DNA from: Myxococcota bacterium
Lineage (GTDB): Bacteria > Myxococcota_A > UBA9160 > UBA6930
Direction of reading: 5' to 3'
Length of the DNA stretch: 64,000 nt
NCBI GenBank assembly: GCA_965223705.1
Contig: OZ245015.1
Span: forward strand, 1,792,001 to 1,856,000
Each line of letters begins with the position of its first letter. Position 1 is the first letter of the stretch. A program made the translations under genes and the position numbers. Below the pieces are notes generated by a model. It saw only the letters and a list, made by a program, of their open reading frames with translations. It had not been told where the DNA came from and searched no databases. Of the stretch, positions 53,704-62,490 are shown one piece after another.

Positions 53704-54747
53704 ATGGCGCACTCCGTTCGTCTGCAGCCCGTCGACATCGAGATGACTGTCGAGGAGGACGAGACCGTCCTCCAGGCGGCATTTCGGCAAGGCATCACCT
53801 TGATGCACGGGTGCAAGGAAGGACAGTGCGCGTCGTGCAAGTCGATCCTCCTGGAGGGCGACGCCGAGCATCTCGACTTCTCGACCTTTGCGCTCTCGGA
53901 GCCGGAGCAAGAGGAGGGCCACGTCCTCCTCTGCCGGTTGCAGGCCTACAGCGATCTCGAGATTGAGCTGCTGAACTACGACGAGGACGTGCTCACCACC
54001 TGGATCCCCGCCAAGCAGCTCACCGGAAAGGTCGCGTCGGTCGAGGCGCTGACCCACGATATCCGGAGGCTCGCCATCGATCTCGACGAGCCGCTGGTGT
54101 TTCGCGCGGGTCAGTTCGTCGACTTGACGCTCTCGGAGCCGAGCGTCACGCGCTCCTATTCCATGGCCAACCCGCCGAGCGATCCCGACCGCCTCGAGTT
54201 CATCATCAAGGTCTATCCCGACGGCGCGTTTTCGAGCCGGCTCGAGGCGGACGCGCTTGCGCCGGGTGCACCGATCGGGGTCGAGGGGCCGTTCGGAATG
54301 AGCTTCCGAGACGAGGCACACGACGGACCCGTTCTGCTGGTGGGTGGGGGCTCGGGGATGTCGCCGCTCTGGTCCATCTTGAACGACCTCGCCGAGAAGG
54401 CGCCGCAGAAACCGCTCCACTTCTACTACGGCGTCCGGGCGAAGCGCGACCTCTTCTACGCCGAAGAGCTCGCGTCCCTCGGCGAGAAGTTCGACGCGTT
54501 CCATTTCGTGCCCGCCTTGTCGGAGCCCGATCCCGGAGACGATTGGCAGGGGGAGACGGGCTTCATCCACGAGGTGGTGGCGCGCGATTTCCCGGGGGCG
54601 GGGGCGTATGCGCCGATGGAAGCCTACGCGTGTGGCCCTCCTCCGATGGTGGAAGCGGTCCTACCGGTCTTTCAACGCATGGGCATCCAGGCGGACCACA
54701 CCCACCTCGACAAGTTCACCCCCGCGGCGGATCCCAAGCGGCCCTAA
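53704..54747 (+). CDS. prmB: SDIMO reductase ([2Fe-2S]/FAD/NADH)
   Basis: GCKEGQCASCK...LLC, RSYSMAN, GGGSGMSP, YACGPPPMV. Confidence 0.92.
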   Translation: MAHSVRLQPVDIEMTVEEDETVLQAAFRQGITLMHGCKEGQCASCKSILLEGDAEHLDFSTFALSEPEQEEGHVLLCRLQAYSDLEIELLNYDEDVLTTWIPAKQLTGKVASVEALTHDIRRLAIDLDEPLVFRAGQFVDLTLSEPSVTRSYSMANPPSDPDRLEFIIKVYPDGAFSSRLEADALAPGAPIGVEGPFGMSFRDEAHDGPVLLVGGGSGMSPLWSILNDLAEKAPQKPLHFYYGVRAKRDLFYAEELASLGEKFDAFHFVPALSEPDPGDDWQGETGFIHEVVARDFPGAGAYAPMEAYACGPPPMVEAVLPVFQRMGIQADHTHLDKFTPAADPKRP

Positions 54748-54770
54748 GCGCGGAACCATAGGAGTCGGAG

Positions 54771-55838
54771 ATGGCGGAAAACACGGAACAATCGGGCGCA
54801 GCTGGGGCGAAGACCTTCGCCGGCTCCGACAGTCGCAAGTTCAACTACTTCGAGCCGGAAGGGCGCCGGGCAACCCTCTACGAAGATGTGACGGTCGACG
54901 TCCAGCCGGACCCGAGTCGCCACCTGCTGCAGGGCTGGATCATGTCCTTTGCGGACGGCAAGCCGAGCTATCACGAAGGCACGACATCCCTTCGCTCGAC
55001 CGACTGGCATCGATACCGCGCGCCCGATCAGGAATGGGAGCGCACCCACTACCAGCGCCAGAGTGAGATCGAGCGAACCATCAAGACTCTCGTCGAAAGT
55101 GCACGGGGCGCGGGAGCGCCGCAGCGCTTCGACAAAGACTGGGTGCGAACCCTCCAAGACCACGTGGGAGCCGTCAAGCACGCCGAGTTCGGCCTGGGCG
55201 TGGCCCTCTCTACCGCCCAGCGGGACGGCGTCACCCAGATGGTCAACAACTCCATTCTGACGAACGCCTCGTACAAGCTCCGACTGGCGCAAGACATCAC
55301 GCTCTACCTGGGCGACATCGGGCTCGACATCGATATCGACGGCGCCGCCGGAAAGGAGCACTGGCTCGAGGATCCAGCGTGGCAGGGGGTGCGCAAGGCG
55401 ATCGAGGGAATCATCGCGACGACCGACCACATGGAGGTGTATCTCGCGACGAACCTCGTCTACGAGCCGTTGGTGGGTGAGCTGCTCCGCACCGGGTTCT
55501 TCACCCGTGCCGCGCCGCTCCACAACGATTTCGTCACTCCGGGGCTGCTCGCCCCGGCGGCGATCGACTGCCAGCGGAACCTCGCGAACACCATGGCCCT
55601 GACGGAGATGTTGGTTCGCGACGCCACGCACGGCGAGGCGAACAAGAAGGTCGTCGCGGGCTGGCTCGAGACCCACGTGCCGCGCTGTGTCGACGCCGCC
55701 AAGACGGCGAAGTCGCTGTGGGATGCGGCCGCGTCCGACAGTGTCGACTTCGCCGCGGCTTACGGGGAGGCGACGCAACGTCTCGAGGACATCCTCTCCG
55801 AACTCGACATAGCCTTGCCCGACGGAGTTTCCCTATGA
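54771..55838 (+). CDS. prmC: SDIMO hydroxylase beta subunit
   Basis: RRATLYEDVTVDVQPDP.RHL.QGW, WH.YRAPDQEWE, YEPLVGEL.R. Confidence 0.9.
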   Translation: MAENTEQSGAAGAKTFAGSDSRKFNYFEPEGRRATLYEDVTVDVQPDPSRHLLQGWIMSFADGKPSYHEGTTSLRSTDWHRYRAPDQEWERTHYQRQSEIERTIKTLVESARGAGAPQRFDKDWVRTLQDHVGAVKHAEFGLGVALSTAQRDGVTQMVNNSILTNASYKLRLAQDITLYLGDIGLDIDIDGAAGKEHWLEDPAWQGVRKAIEGIIATTDHMEVYLATNLVYEPLVGELLRTGFFTRAAPLHNDFVTPGLLAPAAIDCQRNLANTMALTEMLVRDATHGEANKKVVAGWLETHVPRCVDAAKTAKSLWDAAASDSVDFAAAYGEATQRLEDILSELDIALPDGVSL

Positions 55839-56173
55839 CCACCCAGACCTTTCACGATCTGAAACGCGAAGGCACCGTTTCGCACATGTGCGGCGTCACG
55901 ATGAACGACAGCGTGGACAGCCGCGTCATCGCCGAAGTGATGGGCGCGAAACCCGGCGTCACCATCACGAACTACCCCGCGATGATCCGCATCGACGGCG
56001 AGGACAAGCTCGTCTTCGATATGGAGGAGCTCGGCGACGCGCTGGGCAAGCCCTTCTCGCCGTACGATTTCGAGGTCGTCATGTCGACCCACTACGGTCG
56101 GATGGTCATGGAGGACGAGACCACCGTCATTTTGTTCGGAAACATGGAAGATGCCGCCGCCTACGAGGAGTAG
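55835..56173 (+). CDS. prmD: SDIMO coupling/effector protein (MmoB/DmpM family)
   Basis: SHMCGVTMND, PAMIRIDG, MSTHYGRMV; ATGA overlap with the beta subunit. Confidence 0.9.
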   Translation: MTTQTFHDLKREGTVSHMCGVTMNDSVDSRVIAEVMGAKPGVTITNYPAMIRIDGEDKLVFDMEELGDALGKPFSPYDFEVVMSTHYGRMVMEDETTVILFGNMEDAAAYEE

Positions 56174-56204
56174 CTTTTTCCCTTAGCTGCCACGGACCCC
56201 CACC

Positions 56205-57839
56205 ATGCCGAAAATGATGCTCTTTCAGGAAGAGGCCCGCGCTGCCCTCGGGCGCGGTGTCGCCACACTCACCCGCGCTGTCGGCTCGACGCTCGGGCCC
56301 AAGGGCGGCAACGCGATCATCGACGTTCCCATCGGGACCCCCATCGTGTCGCGCGACGGCGTCAGCATCGCCGCCGAGATCGAGTTACAGGATCCCTTCG
56401 AGAACATGGGCGCACAGGTCGTGCGCGAGGTCTCGAAACGCACGAACGACGTCGCCGGTGACGGAACGACCACCGCCACGGTGCTCGCCAACGCGATCAT
56501 CCAAGAGGGCTTCGAGGCACTCGACGGCTCGGTCGCGGCGATCGAGCTCAGCGAGGGCATCGACGTCGCGGTGGATGCCGTGGTCGCCACACTGCGGGAA
56601 CGCGCACAGGCCGTCGCGGACGACGACGACGCGGTGCGAGCCGTCGCGGTGATCGCGGCGAACGACCAAGAGACGGGCCACCTCGTCGCGGAAGCGCTGC
56701 GCCGAGTAGGGCCGAGTGGCCTCGTCAGCGTCGACTTGAGCCTCACGGTCGATACCACCCTCGAAGTGATCGAGGGGGCCTCGTACGAGCGCGGTTACGT
56801 GTCCCATCACATGGTGACCGACGTCGACACGATGCAGGTGCTCTTCGACGACGTGGTGTTGCTCCTCACCGACCAGGGCCTCGCGACTCAGAGCGACGTC
56901 GACGGGCTCCGCGCACTCGCCTGCGAGGCGAAGAAGCCGATGCTCGTGATCGCCGAGGACTACACCCCGGAAGCCGTGGCGGCACTGCTGCAGCCGGCGG
57001 ACGGGCCGGCGATCGTCTGCGTGCATCCCCCGGAATACGGCAAGTGGCGACGCGCGATGATGGAAGACCTGGCCATCATGACCGGCGGCCGCGTTTTCGT
57101 GAAAGACCTCGGCCACCGCTATCAGGACGCCTCCTTGGCAGATCTCGGCACGGCGCGAGGCATCTGCGTTTCGGCCGATGCGACCGTGATTTCGGGAGGC
57201 GGCGGCGACCCTGAGGCGATTCGCGGGCGAATCGCTCAGGTGAGGCGCCAAGCCGACTTGAACGACATTCCCATCGAAGAGGACAAATTCAACGAGCGAC
57301 TCGCGAAGCTTTCGGGCGGCATCGCCGTCGTCTATGCGGGTGGTGCGACTCCCGTGGAGCAGAAGAGGCGTGAGCAGCTCATCGAGGACGCGCTCAACGC
57401 GACGCGGGCCGCTATCGAAGAAGGGGTCGTTCCGGGCGGTGGTACCGCCTTGCTGCAGGCCCAGGGCGCGGTGGATGCCGTGTGCGCAGGGCTTTCGCCC
57501 GGCCGGCGTCGCGGCGCCGAAGTCGTCCGCGTCGCGCTCTCGAAGCCGCTCACCTGGATCGCCGAGAACAGCGGCGTGGATACCAAACGCGTCGTCGATC
57601 AGGTGGTCGCCGCGCCGAAAGGCACGGGCTACGACGCGCGAAGCGGCGAGCTGGTCGACATGATCGCGGCGGGGATCGCCGATCCGTTTCGCGTAACCTC
57701 GCAGGCGCTTATCAACGCCGCTTCCGTCGCGAAGCTCGTGCTCACCACCCAGACATTGATCACCGACGCCCCCGAAGAGGACGACCCCACCGCGGAACCC
57801 GCCCGAGGTGGCGGCGCCGAACGGCTCGGGATGGAGTAG
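56205..57839 (+). CDS. Monooxygenase-associated GroEL-like chaperonin
   Basis: TLGPKG, DVAGDGTTTATVLA, EEGVVPGGG; divergent apical domain, no GGM tail, no adjacent groES. Confidence 0.88.
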   Translation: MPKMMLFQEEARAALGRGVATLTRAVGSTLGPKGGNAIIDVPIGTPIVSRDGVSIAAEIELQDPFENMGAQVVREVSKRTNDVAGDGTTTATVLANAIIQEGFEALDGSVAAIELSEGIDVAVDAVVATLRERAQAVADDDDAVRAVAVIAANDQETGHLVAEALRRVGPSGLVSVDLSLTVDTTLEVIEGASYERGYVSHHMVTDVDTMQVLFDDVVLLLTDQGLATQSDVDGLRALACEAKKPMLVIAEDYTPEAVAALLQPADGPAIVCVHPPEYGKWRRAMMEDLAIMTGGRVFVKDLGHRYQDASLADLGTARGICVSADATVISGGGGDPEAIRGRIAQVRRQADLNDIPIEEDKFNERLAKLSGGIAVVYAGGATPVEQKRREQLIEDALNATRAAIEEGVVPGGGTALLQAQGAVDAVCAGLSPGRRRGAEVVRVALSKPLTWIAENSGVDTKRVVDQVVAAPKGTGYDARSGELVDMIAAGIADPFRVTSQALINAASVAKLVLTTQTLITDAPEEDDPTAEPARGGGAERLGME

Positions 57840-57863
57840 GCGGGCTCGAAGGGCGGCCTGGCG

Positions 57864-59825
57864 ATGAAACTCAGACGGCTGCGCGTTCACGCACTCAAAT
57901 CGATCCGCGCGCTCGACCATGTGTTCGGCGACAGTGGACTGACCCTCCTCGGCCGCAATGGCAGCGGCAAGACAACCGTCCTCGAGGCGATTTCGCTGCT
58001 GGGCCACGTCGGCGTGATGGCGCTGGCTCCGCTCCGGAAGGCTCCGGATGCGGGCGCGTTTGCGGCGACGCCGGGCGCGAGCCTTCTCAATGCTCTCCTC
58101 GAAGGCGACGATGCCGATGCGATTACCGGCGCGAGCCCCTCGCTCCGCGCGGCTTGCGACACCTTGGCGCGTCACTTCGGCGGCCGCGGCGATGCACTGG
58201 GTAAGCCCGAATCGAGCCGCGTGGCCGAGAGCTTTGCTGCGAGTCCCGGTGAGAATCCGGTCGAGCGTGCGTTCGAATCCCTCCGTCGCAGCGAGGGCGC
58301 CGCGATATCGCCCGCGTTGATCCTCCTCGATGTCGTCACGGAAGCGGGTGCACCGGTGTCGCTCCTCGTGCGACTCGCCCCGGGTGCCGATCTCACCGTG
58401 GTCCTCTCGCACGAATTCTCGGACCGGGAAACCGAAGCTGCGTTGACGCTCTACTTCGATGCCGAGTCGGAGCCCGCGCGCGATCTCATTTTGCGATCGC
58501 TCGCCTCACGCCCTGTGTCTCTCGGACGCAAAGGCACCAGTCGTGCGATTCCGCCTTGCCGCGCGCTGGCCGACGGGGCAGGGGTGGTGTCCTACGTCAA
58601 CACGGACCTGAACGACTTCGGTCGCGGCAACGATCTGCGCGAGTCGCCCAAGAACATCACCGACGATTTTGCGGCGGTGGTCACGCGCCTCTGCATCGAT
58701 ACGGAACGCATCCGCGCTCCCCTGAACGAAATCCTCTCGCGCATCCTGTCGCCCGACGATCGCCGCGGTTGGTCGATCGAGGAGCTCGCGGTCGAAGAGG
58801 GCCGGACCCGCCTGGTGATCACGGATCACTTCGGGAAACCCCAGCTGAGGAACCACTTGAGCGCCGGCGAGAACGAGATCTTCTTCGCGTTTCTGGTGCT
58901 TCTCGGCCTGCCGACGCGCGAGGGGATCGTGATCCTCGACGAGCCAGCGTTCCACGCGAGCCCGGAGACCGCTCCCGCCTTCTTCGATGAGCTATATGCC
59001 CTGTGCGAACGCAACGGCACACAGCTTTTCGTGGGCTCCCACAATGCGTGGTGCCTTCCCGAGACGGCGGACCAACCGACGGCAACCCTCGAAATCCCGC
59101 GGACGCCCGAAGCGGCCCACCGGCTCCTCGATCCCCTCGATTCACGCCAGCGCTTTCAAGCGCTACATCGCGACGCATTCGACCGGATCGAACGCTCCGT
59201 GAAGGGCGTTGAGCGGGCGACGCGAGACCGCGCGCGCTTGCTGGCGCATGCCGTGCGCGAAGACCTGGCCCCGCTGACGCGCCGTCTGTTCTTGGATCGG
59301 ATCGGCCTCTACGGCGGCCTAGCCGCCGCCGGCATCGTTTCGCTGCACGTGGCTACGACCGCGACGCTCCCCGTGATGTTGCTCGGTACCGGCGCTGCTG
59401 CCGCCGCGGCGGGTGTGCTCGTCTGGCTCGTCTTCAGCAACTTTGCGCGGCTTCACCGCGAACGGCAGCGCCTCGTCCAACAACAATTCGAGTCGCACTA
59501 CGCCGCGGCGGATGTACGGTCGAAGGAGCGCACACTGTTTCTCCGCGAGCTCGAAGACTCGAGCCGCTGGCAGCTTCGCGCATACCTCGGTGAAGAGCGC
59601 CTCCCGCTCCTCGAGTTTCTGCCGAACCGCGACGGCGGCGTTTGGCCCGCATTGAGCTTCACGATCGGTCACTTCTTGATCGCTGCCACGATCGTCTGGT
59701 GGTACACGGGCTCCTGGGCCCTCGGCGGCCAGGTGGCGCTGGTCGAGCCCGTCGTGAATGGCTTCTGGCACTACGCCAACGCCCACATCTGGCGGCGACG
59801 GCGGGCTGAGCGGCACCCGACCTAG
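57864..59825 (+). CDS. ABC/SMC-like (AAA_21-type) ATPase fused to TM helices and a DUF2061-like C-terminal domain
   Basis: GRNGSGKTT, LSAGE, IVILDEP, GSHN; C-terminal LSFTIGHFLIA...TGS..LGGQVALVEPVVN.FWHY....IW. Confidence 0.7.
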   Translation: MKLRRLRVHALKSIRALDHVFGDSGLTLLGRNGSGKTTVLEAISLLGHVGVMALAPLRKAPDAGAFAATPGASLLNALLEGDDADAITGASPSLRAACDTLARHFGGRGDALGKPESSRVAESFAASPGENPVERAFESLRRSEGAAISPALILLDVVTEAGAPVSLLVRLAPGADLTVVLSHEFSDRETEAALTLYFDAESEPARDLILRSLASRPVSLGRKGTSRAIPPCRALADGAGVVSYVNTDLNDFGRGNDLRESPKNITDDFAAVVTRLCIDTERIRAPLNEILSRILSPDDRRGWSIEELAVEEGRTRLVITDHFGKPQLRNHLSAGENEIFFAFLVLLGLPTREGIVILDEPAFHASPETAPAFFDELYALCERNGTQLFVGSHNAWCLPETADQPTATLEIPRTPEAAHRLLDPLDSRQRFQALHRDAFDRIERSVKGVERATRDRARLLAHAVREDLAPLTRRLFLDRIGLYGGLAAAGIVSLHVATTATLPVMLLGTGAAAAAAGVLVWLVFSNFARLHRERQRLVQQQFESHYAAADVRSKERTLFLRELEDSSRWQLRAYLGEERLPLLEFLPNRDGGVWPALSFTIGHFLIAATIVWWYTGSWALGGQVALVEPVVNGFWHYANAHIWRRRRAERHPT

Positions 59826-59840
59826 CGCGGCCGGTCCAGG

Positions 59841-60983
59841 TCAGACGATGGCGCCGGCCTCGCGCAACGCGTCGAGTTCGTCTCGGCGAAAGCCCCAATT
59901 CAACAGCGCTTCGTCGGTGTGCTCTCCCGGGGCGGGGGCTCCGCGCTGAATGCTCGAGGGGGTTCGGCTGAAGCGCGGCGCTGGGGCCGGCTGCATGAAC
60001 CCGTCGCGTTCGATGAACGTCTCGCGGGCCTTGTTGTGAGGATGCTCGGGCGCTTCAGCCAGTGACAGCACCGGTGCAAAGCAGACCTCCTCGCCTTCCA
60101 TGATCGCGCACCACGCATCGCGCGTACGCGTGCGGAACACCGCCGCGAAGCGCTCGCGCATCTCCGGCCAATGGTCTCGGTCCTCCTGGGCCGGGAGATC
60201 CTCGTGGGCCAGCCCGAGGATCTCGAGGGTCCGCCGGTAGAACTTGGGCTCGTTCGAACCCAGGGAGACGTATTTTCCGTCGGCGGTTTCGTAGACACCG
60301 TAGTAAGGGGAGCCTGAATCGAGGCGGTTCGAACCCCGCTCGTCGCGCCACAGACCGGCGGCATACATGCCGTACGTGAGGTTCATGAGTGAAGCGCTGC
60401 CGTCGACCATCGCGGCGTCGACCACCTGACCCTCACCGCTGCTGCGGCACTCGAGAAGGGCGGCCAACATGCCGAGGGCCAAGTACAGCGCGCCGCCCCC
60501 GAAGTCGCCGGCCAGGTTGAGGGGAGGGACGGGCGGTCCGCCGGGCGAGCCGACCGCGTGCAGCACGCCGGTCAGCGCGATGTAGTTGATGTCGTGGCCC
60601 GGCGCATCGACCAACGGGCCCTGCTGGCCCCAACCGGTCATCCGTCCGTACACGAGTCGAGGGTTCGTCGCTAAGCAGGCGTCGGGACCGACACCGAGCC
60701 GCTCCGCCACGCCGGGCCGAAAGCCTTCGATGAGCCCGTCTGCCTCACGGATGAGCTTCTCGACCGCCGCGATCGCCTCCGGACGTTTGAGATCCATCGC
60801 TACCGAGCGCATGCCCCGATGGAGGAGCATGAACTTCGGATCCATCGGAAGCTCGCTGCCCAACCGCGCAACGCGGTCGATGCGGACAACGTCGGCGCCG
60901 AGATCCGCGAGCAGCGCCCCCGCAAAGGGCCCCGGCCCGATACCGCCCAATTCGAGAATCCTGATTCCGGCGAGGGGCCCCAT
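59841..60983 (-). CDS. CaiB/BaiF CoA-transferase family (alpha-methylacyl-CoA racemase-like)
   Basis: GPLAGIRILELGGIGPGPF, EGFRPGVAERLG, GHDINYIA, NLAGDFGGG, PAPAPRFSRT. Confidence 0.93.
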   Translation of the reverse strand: MGPLAGIRILELGGIGPGPFAGALLADLGADVVRIDRVARLGSELPMDPKFMLLHRGMRSVAMDLKRPEAIAAVEKLIREADGLIEGFRPGVAERLGVGPDACLATNPRLVYGRMTGWGQQGPLVDAPGHDINYIALTGVLHAVGSPGGPPVPPLNLAGDFGGGALYLALGMLAALLECRSSGEGQVVDAAMVDGSASLMNLTYGMYAAGLWRDERGSNRLDSGSPYYGVYETADGKYVSLGSNEPKFYRRTLEILGLAHEDLPAQEDRDHWPEMRERFAAVFRTRTRDAWCAIMEGEEVCFAPVLSLAEAPEHPHNKARETFIERDGFMQPAPAPRFSRTPSSIQRGAPAPGEHTDEALLNWGFRRDELDALREAGAIV

Positions 60984-61059
60984 CCCGACGATCTCCTCGG
61001 CGCCCGCCTGCCGCGTCGCACGACGCCGGGGTGCCGACGCCAATCTAACCCGCACAGCG

Positions 61060-62490
61060 CTAAAAGTTGTAATCGAACTCGAGACCGAGGAACTGGGACC
61101 AGCGTCCCGAACGGTGACCAAAGGCCGTGCCTGCTCGGAACAAGCTACCCACGATCTCGATCTCCCAATGGGTCCATTCCTCGAGGCCGATCACGAGGTC
61201 CCACCCTTGACCGATGGTTTTCCCGCGGCCATTGGGGGAGATGCGGAGCTCGCTGTCGCGCAGGAAGTCCGCGGCATGATCTTGTCGGTAGTAGTGGTAG
61301 AGGAGCTCGACCGAACTGTCCCGAAAAAGCGGATAGCCCACGCCGACGGTTCCCACGTGAAGGTTGGAAAGTTCGGGTCGAAGTAGCTCCCCGTAAAGTC
61401 GGAACCGATCCACGCCGCGGAAGCGACCATTGTTGTCCTGGAGGCCGGTCTGTCGAAAGGATCGGTCTGTTCCCTCGCCGTCATCGCCGCTTCCGTAAGC
61501 CCAACCGAGCGTCCAGGTCACGCCCCCTTTGCTACCGGGATCGAGGGTGACGCCTCCGTCAACCGCGAAGCCCCGCACGTCGATTTCGTCCACTTCGTCG
61601 AGAATCCGCACACCGGGCGAGCCGGCGATCCGGTCGTAGTCGAACCGCTTCTCGTCGCCCCACACACCGGCGAGGTCGAGCCAGTAGTAGAAGCGCCCGA
61701 ACGGATCGCGTTTGAGCCGCCCACGATTGCGGAGACCGAGCCAGGTGAGCTTGGCATCGATCTCGTCCTCGCGGCTGGTCGAGACCAAGCTCCCCAGCGC
61801 CCCTTCGCTCGATCGGTCGTCATGGCGGAGGAAGAACAGCTCGGTGGTCTTGCGCTCCGCCCAGTCCCAGCGCGCGTAGCCGAGGATCCGTCGCACCTTG
61901 TCTTCCGCGGGGTCGATGCGGTCATCGTGCCCGCGAACCCGCGCGAGCTCCTGGGCCACCGCGAGCTCGATCCGGAAGGGCTCGCTGTTCCAATGAAGCC
62001 GGACCGCGTCGAGATCGGCGTCCCACCAGAACTCCCGCTTGTCCTTGAAGTTCTGGCGCCCCACTTGAAGGGCGAGCGGGGTGTCGAGGATGTCGGCCCA
62101 ATAGAGCCAGGTTTCGCCGCGCTCGACGAACAACCGGTGGTGATCGCTCCCCCCGTCTGGGGCGCGAAAGAGCCAATCCCATCCGACCTTGACCTCGCCG
62201 AAGAGGATGAGATTCGGGTTGACCGGGTAGACGGCCTCGATCTCGAGCTTGTGGCTCGCATCGTATTCTTCGTCTTCCTCGCCGTGCTCGAGCTCGCGAT
62301 CGGCGCGGAAGTCCCAGCTCGATTCGATCTCTCCGCCGATGGTGATTTCCTCGCCGTAGATGCGCACCGTCTGCTGTTTGTCGGGGCGGTTTTCGTCATC
62401 GCGCCGCACGATGTCACGCGGGTTTGCGGCCAGAATGGGTGCCGCTGCAAGTTGAAGGGAGGTCAGGACCAAAGCGAGCAGCGTCTTCAT
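61060..62490 (-). CDS. Alginate export (AlgE-like) outer membrane beta-barrel
   Basis: Signal peptide; VGRQ, WWD.DLD, FRQTGLQDN, GELLRPELSNL; C-terminal Phe. Confidence 0.85.
   Translation of the reverse strand: MKTLLALVLTSLQLAAAPILAANPRDIVRRDDENRPDKQQTVRIYGEEITIGGEIESSWDFRADRELEHGEEDEEYDASHKLEIEAVYPVNPNLILFGEVKVGWDWLFRAPDGGSDHHRLFVERGETWLYWADILDTPLALQVGRQNFKDKREFWWDADLDAVRLHWNSEPFRIELAVAQELARVRGHDDRIDPAEDKVRRILGYARWDWAERKTTELFFLRHDDRSSEGALGSLVSTSREDEIDAKLTWLGLRNRGRLKRDPFGRFYYWLDLAGVWGDEKRFDYDRIAGSPGVRILDEVDEIDVRGFAVDGGVTLDPGSKGGVTWTLGWAYGSGDDGEGTDRSFRQTGLQDNNGRFRGVDRFRLYGELLRPELSNLHVGTVGVGYPLFRDSSVELLYHYYRQDHAADFLRDSELRISPNGRGKTIGQGWDLVIGLEEWTHWEIEIVGSLFRAGTAFGHRSGRWSQFLGLEFDYNF

Noticed and set aside
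52024..56173. Soluble methane monooxygenase (mmoXYBZDC)
   Set aside because: No gamma subunit or MmoD, and the gene order and alpha-subunit motifs match the propane-type enzyme; methanotrophy is not supported
56205..57839. Housekeeping groEL
   Set aside because: Divergent sequence, no GGM tail, no groES, and embedded in the SDIMO operon
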